A stretch of DNA of 64,000 bases from Octopus vulgaris (taxonomy: Eukaryota), in NCBI GenBank assembly GCA_951406725.2, contig OX597842.1:7254001-7318000 (forward strand), in the 5' to 3' direction. How positions within the stretch are numbered: position 1 is the first letter of the stretch; each line of letters opens with the position of its first letter. This document shows positions 38,091 through 52,261 of the stretch, piece by piece. Under the pieces are notes generated by a model that was not told where the DNA came from, ran no database searches, and worked only from the letters and a program-made list of their open reading frames with translations. A program made the translations under genes and the position numbers.

Positions 38091-41000
38091 ACGGGAAGGT
38101 TTACGAAAATAAACAAAAGACGAAGGCAGGTGGAGTACAAACAAACAATTGTATTAGTATGGCGCTCAGGAATAGAAATAAAACAAGTCATTTACGTTTC
38201 GAGCCTACGCTCTTCGACAGAAACATACACAGAAAAGAAACAAGGAGAGAAAAAAAATGCGTGCAGGAGCTAACGATTCAACATGGCGTTCTGATTTCAG
38301 CCAGAAGTCAGAGATCAGACGAAAGACACTAGAGGGATAGTAGGGGACATAACAGGGTCAAGTGACCTCGCCCCAACATAAGGGTGCGTGTGTGTATAAG
38401 AGAGTATGTATGTGCATATGAAAGAGGGCTGGTGGTCTGGACGTGTGTATGTATGTATGATGTGATGTGTAATGTCGTATGGTGTAGTGTAGTGTCGTAT
38501 AGTGTAGTGTAGTGTGGTGTGATGTAGTGTAGTGTGGTGTGATATTGTGGGGGTGGCGACAGTGGGGAAAGCCCATGTGGGGTGTGCGTTCGGCTGGGGG
38601 TTGGGGTAGAGTGGGGGTTGTGGGGAGAGGAAGGGAGGGGGAGGGGAGAGAAGGGGAGTGAGGGAGCAGAGCAAAAGAGAGAAGGGAAAGAGGGAAGAAG
38701 AAAGAAGAAAGAGAGTAGGGATGAAAAGATGAAGGACTGAAGAGAAGTAGGAGTCGGGGGGGGGAGGCTAGATGAAAAAAAATGGGGGGGTGTGAGACCA
38801 AATGGCGTAAAAGAGCGAAGAGAGAAAATTAATCCCTGTTCATGGCGCAAACGGGAATCTGGATGGCCTCTGTACAAGGACAATCCGAACACAGAAAGGT
38901 GTTCCAAGGAGTGATCGGTGGAGCGGAAATGGCATGAGACCGGTGTGTCATTGGCCAGGCGGATGTCTCGGAGGTGTCCCGCGAACCGGTCAGCCAAGCG
39001 GCGTCCCGTTTGTCCGATGTACAGGGAATGGCAGAGAGAGCAGGAGATGCAACAGATGATATTGCTGGAGGTGCAGGTGAAGGAGTTGATGATGCGATAG
39101 GGTCGATGATGGGTGCCAGTGAGGAGGGTGGTGTTGGAGAGGTAAGGGCAAGTGTGGAAACGTGGGCGGGAGAAGGGGAACGAGCCAGGTTGGGAGGTAG
39201 GGTCAGGGAAGAAGCTGTGGACCAAGAGGTCTCGTAGGTTATGGGCTCGTTTGAAGGAGGGGAGGGGTTAGTTAGGGAAGAGGTGTGAAGTGGACGAGTC
39301 AGACTGGAGATGCCGGAAAGCTCGAAGAATGGTGCGTTGGAGAGGTAGGGTGGTGGGGTGGTAAGTGATGGGAAAAGGGAGGCGGGAGACTACAGGGCGG
39401 GTTCGGGGGGAGAGAGCAGATGCACGGTCTACGGAACGTGCTCTGGGAAGGGTGGTGTGGATAGTGGTGAAGGGGTATCCACGTAGGATGAAGTAGCGAG
39501 CCATGAGTTGAGACTGAGTCTTAAAGTCATGGTCGTCACTACAGAGCCTATGCAGACGGAGGAATTGGGAATAGGGGATGGAAAGCTTGGTGTGTTTGGG
39601 GTGAGAGGAAGAGAAGTTTAGGTATGAGTGTGAGTCTGTGTGTTTGTAGTGAATGGAGGTGGTAAGAGTGGAGTGATGAATGCTGACTGAAATGTCGAGG
39701 AAGGAGACAGAGGTGTTGGAGATAGTGGATGTGAATTGGAGAGCAGGATGGAAGGATTGAACAAAAGAGAGGAAGGAATCTAGATGTTCACGGGAGAGTG
39801 AGGTGGCACCGATAATGTCAATGTAACGACCGTATAGTTCGGGAGTGGGACCAGTGAAACTAGAGAATATTTGGGCCTCACATAGCCAACGAACAGGTTC
39901 GCATAGTTGGGGCCCATTCGTGTTCCCATGGCCACTCCCGAGAACTGTTGGTAGAACTCGCCCGCGAACGAGAAGCAGTTAAGAGAAAGGACAAGTTCGG
40001 CCAGACGAATGAGTGTGGAGGTGTCAGGTTCGGGGTTGGGGCGGAGGTCGAGAAAGTGTTGAAGTGCCCGCATCCTTTGTGGTGAGGGATGACGGTATAG
40101 AGGCTCTGGATGTCCATTGTAAAAAGTATTGTGGAGGAGCCGGGAGGAAAGGAGAAAGAGTTGAAAAACCAGAGAGCATGGTTGGTGTCGTGGATGTGGG
40201 AGGGAAGAGACGCCACTAGGGGGGCAAGGACACGGTCGAGGTATTTTGAGATGAGCTCCGTGGGGCAGTTACAGGCGGAGATGATGAGGCGGCCAAGGTT
40301 GTTGGGTTTGTGTATTTTGGGGAGGAAGAAAACGGTGGGGTTCGGACAATGAGGTTGGATGCGGTGTGGGTGAGACGGGAGGACGAGATGAGGTCGTGGA
40401 CAGTAGAGGATACCGTCTGTTGGTAGCTAAGCGTGGGGTTAGAGGACAGAGGGGAGTAGAAGGAGGTGTCATTGAGTTGGCGGAGCGCCTCAGCCCTGTA
40501 GAGGTCTGTGCGCTACACCACCACAGCTCCACCCTTGTCAGCCGGTTTGATGATAATGTCAGCGCGCCGTTGGAGGGAACGAAGAGCCGAGAGCTCAGCT
40601 GGGGAGATGTTGACGCGGTGGTGGCGCCTGGAGAAGTTGAACCGCTCCAACGCACGCTGACAGGCACCCGCGAAAAGATCCACTGCTAGGAACTGGCCGG
40701 GGGGCAGGCGTCCACAGATATGGTCAGCGGCCCAGGTCAGTGAAGCAGTCCTCATCGTTGGATGCGGGTGGCATGTCGCGGAAAAACGCACCCAACCGGA
40801 CGCGGCGCACAAAGCTGTGGACATCAGCACGCGTCTGGAATTCCTTACAGGATGGAGTGAGGGGGATGAAACGCAGACCCCTTCTGAGGACGGAGCGTTC
40901 CGCCGCAGAGAGGGGAAGATCAGGGGGTATGGTAACAACAGACGGAAGTGGAGAAGGGGTGGGTGAAATAGAAGTGGATGGAATAGGAGTAGGAGGGGTG

Positions 41001-41541
41001 GTAGGGCTGGTGGAGTTCTGACGGGGAGGGATTGGGGAGGTGTGTGGGGGTTGTTAGGTGTGGGTGGGTGGAGCCTATCAGGAGGGGAGAAGGGTAGTGG
41101 AGGAGTTGGGGTAGTGGCGTCGGGTGTGGTGGAATAGAGGACTGATTGGAGTTTATGAAGTTTGGTATTGGAAAGAAATTGATGGAAGAGGTGATTCAAA
41201 TGGATAATGAAGCGCAGCGTGTTTTGAGCATGGAAAGGTGGCAGAGAGGAGAAAAAGATGGAAAAAGCAGGAGGGAGAAGGCAGTCGATGGTATGTAGTT
41301 TAGAGAGATTGGAGCGAATGGTGGAACGCATAAGGCGGTAAGATGTGGTGCGGAGTATGGGTAAGATGGAAGAAGCAGAGTGGAGAGCAGGGTGGAAATG
41401 GAGGCGGAAACCTTTAGGGATGAGGCGGTGATGTAGGCAGCGGCTTAGAAAAGAGATGTGGCTAGAGAAGCGGGATTTTTTTTAAAAAGGAGCGGAGAGA
41501 GGTTAATGGATGGCTGAAAGCAGTTTGAAGGGAGTAGGCAT
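38091..41541 (-). mobile_element. Near full-length Penelope-like retroelement (RT + GIY-YIG), frameshifted
   Basis: IIIKPADKGGAVVV, TMDIQSLYT, GVAMGTRMGPNYANLFVG, NIICCISCSLCHSLYIGQTGRRLADRF. Confidence 0.92.
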
Positions 41542-42860
41542 TTCTTCAGAAATGTAAATAAACGCAATCTGTTTCTTAAACGAGGGACATATTCATACGG
41601 CACAGACTGTTTTCACCTCAGATCCCACTTCAGATGGCATGGATGCCGATTACATCGGAATTTATTATATATAAAAAAAAATTCCGCGTGTGGGGTGAGG
41701 GGTTTTGGAAAATTCAAACGAAACGGTTTTCTTTATTGGTAACTTTAAAAAAAAAAAAGCATCGTTTTTTAATGAAAACGAAAAATAGCGATCTTCCGCA
41801 GATGGTATACCAAAACTGGAACCATTTGGATGGCGATTTCCATAAAAATATGTGGTAATCTTGCATATATACACCCTCGCCGACTTTGTTGCCTAACTGC
41901 CAGAAAAGTAGATACTTTTCAATGAAATTTTCTACAAATCGCTTAGATTCTGTAGATTCAGAATATATAGGAATTTGTTGGAAAGAACTTTTCTGAAGAG
42001 GTGTGGAAAGTTTCTGAAAATTCATACGACCCGACTTTTTTTCCTCATAACTTTTAGTAATTTAACGAATTGCTTTTTCAAGCGGTTTTTTTTTTTGATA
42101 TTTCTTTTTAAAAAAATCTAAAATAATTTCTCGTTTTGTGTTGTTCTTGATTGCTTTTCATTCATCTTAATTTATTCAGTGAATGTTTCATTCTTTTCCC
42201 TTGGCTCACCTGTCCTACTACAGGGTTTATCCTGTTGTATCACCATAACTATGTTACCTGAGATACACCTGCATGTTAATTAAACAGAAATACGAAAAAA
42301 AGAAAAACTGACGCGACTGAGCTGGAAAATAATATTCAAGAAATAACATAGAGGGGGCTAACAAGTGGAGACAAACGGATGAGTAGTGTTGCATCATCAA
42401 TAATCGTGTGACAAGTCGCTCCTACAACGACTACCTATCCTATAACAAATGTTCATACAACGACTACCTATCCTATAACAAATGTTCCTACAACGACTAC
42501 CTATCCTATAACAAATGTTCCTACAACGACTACCTATCCTATAACAAATGTTCCTACAACGACTACCTATCCTATAACAAATGTTCATACAATTTCGGTT
42601 GAAAGTTATTAAACAACGTAAAAAAAATTATTTATGTTGTTTAGAAAAAACCCAAGTTATGATGAGGTACCAAAGGTACCAAATGATGAGGTACCAAAGG
42701 TTTATGTAATTATGATGAGGTACCAAAGGTTTATGTAATTTTGAGTATGATGGGGGTACTTGCCGTGTATTTAGGTTGTTTAGAAAAAATTATTTATGTA
42801 GGAAAAAAACCTACATAGCACACTCGCGCCAGGGAGTGGTTGTAGGATCTACTAGCAAGT
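41541..42860 (+). repeat. Third, partial and more diverged copy of the start of the unit (matches ~444..1490)
   Basis: Same sequence from TTCTTCAGAAATGTAAATAAAC to CACACTCGCGC; no receptor exons follow. Confidence 0.8.
42421..42590 (+). repeat. 33-bp tandem repeat x5
   Basis: C(C/A)TACAACGACTACCTATCCTATAACAAATGTT; single unit in copies 1 and 2. Confidence 0.9.
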
Positions 42861-43499
42861 GGTGTGCGGGGGGTGGTATGTGTGTGTGTGTGTATATGTT
42901 GGTGCAGAAATAGAATAGTCCATTCCATCTGGACTATTCCATTTCTGCACGCAAATTTTATTTTAATTTATTCCCATAATTACATAAACGTTTGGTTCCT
43001 CATCATAACTTTTATTGAACTGGAGTCCAACCTAGACAAGTTAATAGGAATCCTAAACAATAAGGAAATATGTTATGCTCAGTCAGTCGTGTTTTTATTT
43101 TGTCGAGTTTCGTTAATTTCATTTTTCCCTTAAAAATTTCATCTACATATTTGAATTCCTTTTTTTTTTGCATTTATGACTTTTTTGATGTCTAAGGATG
43201 GATATTGTTGTGTCTGAGTATATTGATAGATACAACCTTTGTATTGAAAAATATTGAAAAATTAGAAAGCATCAATTAATGTTTTTTTTTTTTTATTTTC
43301 TTTGCTAAAAACCCGTGTTTTCAGATATGGAGATTCCAGAAAATTGCTAAAAATCGGTATTTTGCAATTAAAAACAATTTTCTTTGCTAAAAACTCAGAC
43401 AACATCCTGCTACTGTTTGCTTTCGCCGTTGCCTTGGAAAGCGATTATATATACGCGATGTGTGTGTGTGCATGGTGAACCACTCCGAAGAGGATGGAC

Positions 43500-43561
43500 G
43501 GATAGAGAGACAGACAGACAGACAGATAGATAGAAAGACAGATAGATAGATAGATAGATAC

Positions 43562-43626
<65 letters not shown>

Positions 43627-43689
43627 GAGACAGATAGACAGATAGATAGAGAGACAGACAGACAGATAGAGAGAGACAGATAGATAGAG

Positions 43690-43728
<39 letters not shown>

Positions 43729-43807
43729 GAGACAGACAGACAGATAGATAGAGAGACAGACAGACAGATAGATAGATAGAGAGACAGATAGATAGATAGA
43801 GAGAGAG

Positions 43808-43838
<31 letters not shown>

Positions 43839-43899
43839 GAGAGAGACAGACAGACAGACAGATAGATAGAGAGACAGATAGATAAATAGAGAGAGAGAG

Positions 43900-43934
<35 letters not shown>

Positions 43935-44047
43935 GAGAGATAGAGAGACAAACAGATAGATAGAGTGACAGACAGACAGATAGATAGAGAGACAGACAGA
44001 CAGACAGATAGATAGGTAGAGAGACAGATAGAGAGAGAGAGAGAGAG

Positions 44048-44098
<51 letters not shown>

Positions 44099-44143
44099 GA
44101 GGCAGACAGACAGATAGATAGAGAGACAGACAGATAGATAGAT
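43500..44143. repeat. (AGAT/AGAC/AG)n compound microsatellite
   Basis: Direct reading. Confidence 0.97.
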
Positions 44144-44144
44144 A

Positions 44145-46187
44145 TGTTTCTTTATTAGCCACACAGGGCTGCACACAGATAGAACAAATTACAAGGTAGA
44201 GCTTTTCTTTTGAAGGTTAAAAAAAAAAAAAAAAAAAAAAAAAAGGGAAGGGGAGTTTCGATCAAAAGGGATCGTAAAAGGAGAGAAAGAGGACAAAAAA
44301 AAAGGGGGTTAAAAAAAGGGGGGAGGAAAAAAAATTGATCAATAGGGATCGTTATCACAGAAATGTCAATATGAAGTGTAAAGGGGAGGACAGGTGAGGT
44401 TTACCCGTGGAAAGAAAAGCCTACGGAAAAGACCACGGTAACCTCGGTCAATGAAGTCACATTTATATTTATTTTTTTTTTTTTTTTTTTTTTTGCAAAT
44501 AAGCAACTCTCTGTTTTCGATTTCTGGGTTCATAGGACTATGCTCAAGGTGGCTTCGTCATTCATACGTGCCATTCTTGCTACATTCACCCATCTTTTTT
44601 TAAAACATTCGCTAGACAAAACTTGCCTCTCTACTCTCACTTTCCTTTTCAAGTGGTACTTGAAGAAGTTGATGAGAGATTGACCAGAGAGGAAAGTGTT
44701 TGTCTCCAATCCTTTCAGACGCGTCCACCAGATACATTCTTTCGCCATAGCCACAAGGATGATGAAAATAGCTCTTCCTTCCCGTTTGAAGGAAGGAGGC
44801 GTGACAATATTGACGATAGACTCAGCTGATAAACCGACTCGTCCCACACGTGACAGCAGTTGTTCGACATAAGCCCACAGGTCGGAAATTGTTGGACACT
44901 GAACGAGTGCGTGCAGAACGGTTTCGTCGCTCTGACCGCATCTCGGGCAGGTCGGCCCCGTGTTTCTCGAGCCGTGTCTGTAGAGCTTATCCCGAACGGG
45001 TAGCGCTTCTCGGTAGCACTGCCAGGCCAGGGATCTCTGGAAGTTGTCCATGGGCCCTGGCCCGAAAGTCGTCCTGAACAGGCGGGTCAGGTACTCCTCG
45101 TCGACGTCCAGGTTCGCCCCGAGCTCGTCGTCGTACCTCCCCTCCACTAAACCCCTATAGAATGCTTTGGTTGTGTTGAAGTCACTTAAGGTCGACCCAG
45201 GACGGCAGAGTTGCTTGAGAGCAACGCGACACTCGCGGTGCCATTCGCCCTTCCTCGGCCTCTTTTTGATCCACGACTGCAGTTCGGTCATGGAGACGAG
45301 CTGCGGGAAAGCGTGCCTCACAAACGGCGACCACACCTGTTCACCGTCGTCTACATAGAGCCAGAGATGCCGCAGTCTCAGCGCGTGTCTGCGCATCATC
45401 AACCACGGCATGCCCAGCCCTCCTTTTAACGGGTGTTGACAGCAAATGGATCGCCTGACCATCGGGACGCATCCTTTCCACAAGAAGCGAAAGAGGATGC
45501 GTTGTAGTTTGGTGATGGTAGGGTCGGGACAAGGTACGACGGTCAGGCGGTAGTAGATGACGGACGCGATGTACGTGTTCGCCACCTCCGCTCGACCTTT
45601 TAGGGACAGTTTCCTCTCGGCCCATTGCCGGGCGAGAGTGACCACCCTACTCGTTATCTCGTTCCAGTTCTTCTCCATTTGGAGGTCCGGACCGAACCAG
45701 ACCCCGAGCAACTCAACCGGGCCGTCGGTCCAGCGTCCCACGACGGAGGCGCTGGTGGACGGCATGGGCTTGCTTCTCCAGGTGCCTAGTCGCAAGCCCA
45801 CTGACTTTTCCCGGTTGATTTTCGCTCCTGTCACCGCTTCGTAGTTTTTCAGTGTCTCGCCGACCAGCTCGATGTGCTCGTGGCTAGACACTATGACGGT
45901 GACGTCGTCCGCGTATGCAGACACGCTCGTCCCGCATCCCATTCTCGCGGGATGCCCCTTAGAGTCGCCAGCTTCCGCAGTAGTGGCTCAAGAGTCAATA
46001 CGTATAGAAGCGCCGAGAGGGGGCATCCCTGACGGACCGAACGTGCAATGTCGAAAGGTCTCGATAGATGTCCATTTACGCGAATTACCGAACGGATGCC
46101 TCTGTACAAGGCAGCTATCCATCCGCGGAAAACGGGACCGAAACCAGCCGCTCTCAGGACTGCCCCCAAGTATCGATGGTCTACCCC
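44145..46187 (-). mobile_element. 5'-truncated L1/Tx1-like LINE (RT C-terminal part + zf-RVT-type domain)
   Basis: RSVRQGCPLSALLYVL.LEPL, SAYADDV, GAKINREKS, KGGLG, CPRCGQSDETVLHALVQCP; one frameshift near 45940; 3' end AATAAAGAAAC. Confidence 0.92.
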
Positions 46188-46645
<458 letters not shown>

Positions 46646-47739
46646 TAAAGGAAAAGATCCTTGTTTTTTACTGCCCACAAGGGGCTAAACATAGAGGGGG
46701 CAAACAAGGACAGACAAACGGATTAGTGTTGCATCATCTTTGAAGAACACAGTTGAAATGATACAGGATGAACTCCGTCCTACAATGTTTTACATCAACA
46801 GCTTAGACCTTGCCATTTGCCAGAAGATCTTGTGATTCAGTTCTTTCACCATGCTGAAGGAACTCAGGTTTTGAAACTGTTTATAAAATGTGTCTATCGG
46901 GCATGGATTTTATGTGACTGAGTAATTAAATTATCTAATAAATGTACTATATTAATGCAGAAATAAGGCAGATATTTATAACTGGTCTGCAGAATTTAAT
47001 GAAAAATTCTGTCCCACAAACAAAAGATGGATTCAGCACAAAAGGAAGAAAAACTACATGCAGCAGAATACTGGTTCAAGCAACCCCACCCTGTCCATGT
47101 AGGAGAGAATTTCATTGATAGGCTTTTCGGAGTTACTTTAACAACTGCAACTCTAAAGTCAATGGACAAAATAAAGATCTTACCTTCACTTTGGAAATAA
47201 CTTGAGATTAATTCAGTCACAAATTACAATTTGTGTTGCAAATAATTCGGAAGACACTGTGCAGATTACGGATAAAACGATAAATGGGTGATCCTTCAAT
47301 AAGGATTGGCTGAAACCTGTCATTGGGCGTAGCTAAGAAATTCCTATACCAGGTATGTAATCATGCGACAAAACCATTATTCCACTAAAATTATATCAAA
47401 TTACAAGTCGTGACTGAATAAAGTATTAATTTCAAACCTAAATTTTTGTCATTCCACTTCTCTTAACTCAACGTTTATAATAATAATAATAATAATGAAA
47501 TTATTGTATACAGTGCTCAGGTGCACCACAACTTGTCAGAAAGTGCATATAAAGTACATGCAGTAATGTAGAAATGTCTGGAAAGCGAACAATGTATGAT
47601 GCTACTAATATGCACACAGTAGTTTCTAGATGCCTAATAATATAGCATTCAGTTTTTTAAGAAAATTTGATAGTGCAATGAACATTGATATAAAATGACG
47701 CTAGCGACTTACATTTAATGCATTCAATTAGAACCATGT

Positions 47740-50696
47740 TATGAGAATAATCATAAAAGGTCAAATTTTGCAACATGATGTCATCAATTTCAAAAGAAAA
47801 AGGAAGTTTACCCAATCATACAACCAAGACTACATACTCCTCGGTTTTGCACCATCATACAGCGATACAAATAAACCAGAATGCTTGGATTGTGGATTGG
47901 TGATGACGAATGATTCCATGAAGAAATCGAAATTAATGTCCCATTAGCAACTGATACACTCTGGTTCCGTTGGAAGAAGTCTTGATTATTTTGAAAAGAA
48001 GTTGGAGATGCGGTGGAAAAAGGAATAATTGTCATTAGAAGTATTCATAAAGAAAGAAAAAAAATCAACGTTGGGAAAAAGGCCCTGGGAGCAAGGTACG
48101 CAGTGAGTGAATTAGTTGCAAAGGTGAGTAAAGCTCACTCAATCGCTGAAATTCTTGTTAAACCAGTAATTTTGGTGTCATCATCATCATCATTATCATC
48201 ATCATCGTTTAACGTCCGCTTTCCATGCTAGCATGGGTTGGATGGTTCAACTGGGGTCTGGGGAGCCAGAAGGCTGCACCAGGCCAGTCAGATCTGGTAG
48301 AGTTTCTACAGCTGGATGCCCTTCCTAATGCCAACCACTCCGATAGTGTAGTGGGTGATTTTTATGTGCCACCGGATGGTGTTTTTTATGTGCCACCGAC
48401 ACAGGTGCCAGACGAGGCTGGCAGACGGCCACGCTCGGATGGTGTTTTTATGTACCACCGACACAGGTGCCAGACGAGGCTGGCGAACGGCCACGCTCGG
48501 ATGGTGTTTGTTACGTGCCCTCAGCACGGAGGCCAGTCGATGCGGTACTGGCTACGGTCACGTTCGGATGGTTTTCTTATGTGCCACCAGCACTGGTACC
48601 ACAAGGATACAAATTCCATTGATGTTCATCTATTTTGATTTGATTTTCACTTGCCTCAACAGGTCTTCACAAGTGTCACAAGCAGGAAGGTATGCACAGG
48701 TGGACTGACTATGTCCCAGGTAGGGGCCACGGGTTATGGCCTCACTAGTCTTGCCGGGTCTTCTCACGCACAAAGAAATACTTGGAGAAGAGGCTGCCAC
48801 TGTTCTACAAAGAGTCCCTTTGTCCAATGACACTGTTAAAAGAAAGCAGGAAGAGATGGCTGAAAATCTGGACGAACGATGGGTGGTCAAGCTTAAATTC
48901 TTTAAGTTTTCTCTACAAATTGATGAAACAACTCTTCATAACTGCTGCTTGCCTATGTTCGCTTTATCGAAGAGCTGACTCTATGAGAAGAAATGCTCTT
49001 TATGAAAGCATTAACTGATACAAAAAGTGAGACAATACCTTGCTGCTTAATCACTCAATAGTTTAATGGAGAGTGCCCTCCAATTGGCAATTTCATCTGT
49101 CAATTTTGTCAAAGTTAATGCTCTCAACGAAAGGCTATTTTCACAATTCTGTGAAAATGAGGAGGACCAAATGCTTTTGTTACATACAGAAGTTCGATGG
49201 CTGTCAAAAGGCGGTTGTCTCACACGCCTTGTACAAATGTGGGATACGCTTCTGCATTTCCCCGAGAACATGCACCTTTAAGCAAGCCGACGGAAGCAAA
49301 AGGAAAAGACAAACTTCCTGCTTGAGGCTATGCATGATATTGACACAAAGACAAGAATTTTCTACCTTGCCGACATTTTCTCATAGGTCAATGCTTTAAA
49401 TAAATTTATTCAAGTATGCAGCGCAACGACAGTGGACTGTACTGAGAAGACACGGTCATTCATAAACAAGCTTGGTTTATGGGTAACTCAGCTCCAAAGG
49501 GGACATCTTGTGATAACAACCATCATCAGTTGTGTCAGCCATTTGAAGAGTATGGATGTGAGAAGACGCTTCCGGGATATATTCCACTTGAAGCCACTGA
49601 AGTGGTTTTTTGACCTTCATCACTATCATCATCATCATCATCATCATCATCGTTTAACGTCCGTTCTCCATGCTAGCATGGGTTAGACGGTTCGACCGGG
49701 GATCTGGGAAGCCGGAAGGCTGCACCAGGCTCCAGTCTTATCTGGCAATGTTTCTACAGCTGGATGCCCTTCCTAACGCCAACCACTCCGTGAGTGTAGT
49801 GGGTGCTTTTTACGTGCCACCTGTACAGGTGCCAGGCGAGGCTGGCAACGGCCACGGTCGGATTGGTGCATTTTACGTGCCACCAGCACGGAAATGCATG
49901 TATATATATAAATACATACATATATTTATATATATACTCTTTTACTCTTTTACTTGTTTCAATCATTTGACTGCAGCCATGCTGGAGCACCGCCTTTAGT
50001 CGAGCAAATCGACCCCGGGACTTATTCTTTGTAAGCCCAGTACCCACTCCATCGGTCTCCCTTGCCGAACCGCCAAGTGACGGGGACGCAAATCCCAAAC
50101 GTCCAACCAATTTTTTTGATCTTAAGGAGAATGCAATCTTAATGATGAAATTGGATAGAGAAAACCTTCGTGGTTGGCTGCATGTAAAGACATTTCCAAC
50201 ACTTTTTCATGAAGCAATCTCATTCCTCGTCTGTTTTCCAACATCCTGGTTAGTTGAAGCTGGATTTTCCACAGTGAGGGACATTTTCACCCCCCCCCCC
50301 CCGCAATGTTCTTCAAATTGTGAAAAGAAGAGATTTGCGTCTCAAGTTGAACGAATCCTTTGAAGTTCAAATTGATAACCTAATTAAAAAACACCAGCTG
50401 CAATGTAGCGATTAATTAAATTGCTTCTTCATTTCTTGTAAATAAAAGTGTAAATATACTTTTCTTCCATTTTTAGATGTTTTTTTGTTTGTTTGCCGGT
50501 TCCATAAACAAGATGTTATAACACTGACGTAGTTTTTATTGCACCCGTACATGAAGCGGGCATGTGGAAACAGTCACTACTTTATGGGGTTTTATATTCC
50601 GGAAGAGGGTCGGATAACTGGTTTAGAGGTCAGTTGCCCTGGGATCTTTTGGTCATAAAAAGTGGGCCCGATGGTGAAAAAGGTTGAGAACCACAG
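47740..50696 (+). mobile_element. Fossil hAT transposon (Charlie/Buster, ZBED5/ZBED8-like transposase) interrupted by SINEs
   Basis: DYILLGF..KPECLDCGLVMTNDSMKKSKL, KAHSIAE.LVKP, VPLSNDTV, FSLQIDETT, LLLHTEVRWLSKG, FPTSWLVEAGFS; end AAAAGGTTGAGAACCAC. Confidence 0.88.
48180..48770 (-). mobile_element. SINE/RTE-related element with (ATG)n tail and internal ~65-bp repeats (relatives at ~7920, 27965, 49625, 58755, 61080)
   Basis: CATCATCAT-CGTTTAACGTCCGCTTTCCATGCTAGCATGGGTTGGA...CTGGATGCCCTTCCTAA.GCCAACC. Confidence 0.7.
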
Positions 50697-52261
50697 AGGT
50701 AAACCACATGAGAATATGGCACAGAGTTTCTGGATCTTTTCCGTTTGAACGGCAGTTTTCAACACAATTTCTAGTTAACTAAACACTTTTAAACTTCGTA
50801 TACTGGTAGAATGTGTCAAAATAAAACATTTTTTTCTCTTGGCTTTCTTGAGAAAATTGTAATTTGTAAGTTTAACGTAGTTTAATCTTTCGAATTTTAA
50901 TCAATCGATTGCTTCTATTTAGCTAAAATCATTTGCTGCGTCTAAAACTGAGACATCCTATCACTGATCCTAACCCTAACTGGATCTTTTCCTTTTGAAC
51001 GACAGTTTTCAACACGATTTCTAGTTAACTAAACACTTTTAAACTTCGTATACTGGTAGAATGTGTTTATAAAACATCATTTTTTTTGGCTTTATTGAGA
51101 AAATTCTATGGTTTGTAAGATATTTCGTCTGAAATTTCGAGCATTTCAGCAATTTTAACCAATCGCTGACCTCCATTTGGGGTGAAAACATTCCATGCTG
51201 TATGAATATGTCCCTCGTTTAAGAAACAGATTGGGTTTATTTACATTTGCGAAGAAAAAAAGATACCCTTCCCCCACCCCTAACCATAACCCTAACCCTA
51301 ACCCTAAAATAGATTGAAATGCAATAGATCGATACTAGGGTTATAATTTCATTTGAGACCGCTAGAAAAAAATCCCATTTTGAGTAGTGGTGTCGTATGA
51401 AATTGTCACCCATAATTATAATCCTAGCAGGGGCGTGCACTCTCAGGTATGCAAGGTATGCGTTGCATGCCCTGTGATTTTTTTATCCATATGATCGGAA
51501 AATTAGATAAAATAGTTACTTTGTTTCAAAGAAAATCCGTCCAGTTGTATTTTTCTCCCCTTCTCTCTCAGTGACTCTACTTCTGCTTTTAGAAGTCATG
51601 CATTGACAAGACCAGCATGTTAGACACTCCCTCTCTGTCTCAGTTTGTCCTTCCTTCCTCTCTCTCTCACTCTTAGCGACTTGTTTAAAAGACATGCTAA
51701 GGGGATAGGGCATTTGAAATATTTTTACCCCCTTCCTCTTTCTCTTAGTGGCTATGCTGTGGGAAGACCCGCATGACCTCCCTCTCTATCTCTTAGTTTG
51801 TCCCTCCTTCCTCTCTCTTAGTGAATTGATAAAACAGATGCTAGGAGGAAAGGTCGTTCATAATATTTTGTACCCCCTTCCACTTTCTCTCAGTGGCATG
51901 TCATGCTATGAGCTGACCGCATGATACCCACTTTCTGTATCTTTCTGTTTTGTTGAAATTGACTTACAATTTATGCCGGCGCTTCCACGTGTGTTCTGTT
52001 CGTATATAAGAACAGCCTTTTACGAAATGTGTGTTATAAACGATATTTTGAGAAATAGTTTTTCGAAAGGAGAATTCGATGGAAAATAATTAATTATATC
52101 GGTGGGAGAGCAACACCGAAAAGGGCTAATGCATTAGATAACATTGTTAAAAAAAAGATTTCCGAAGGCAACAGCCTCACGGCTTATTATTACCACAAAG
52201 AAAAATTATCATTTCATAATCAGCAGACACTAAAAAAACTGATTCCATCACACTCCAGGGG

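Noticed and set aside
44530-45942. 470-aa ORF as a host gene
   Set aside because: It is the C-terminal part of a LINE ORF2 (YADD, zf-RVT-type motif), 5' truncated and frameshifted.
47740-50400. Domesticated ZBED8/SCAND3-like gene
   Set aside because: Multiple stops, frameshifts and SINE insertions plus a TIR-like end indicate a dead hAT transposon.
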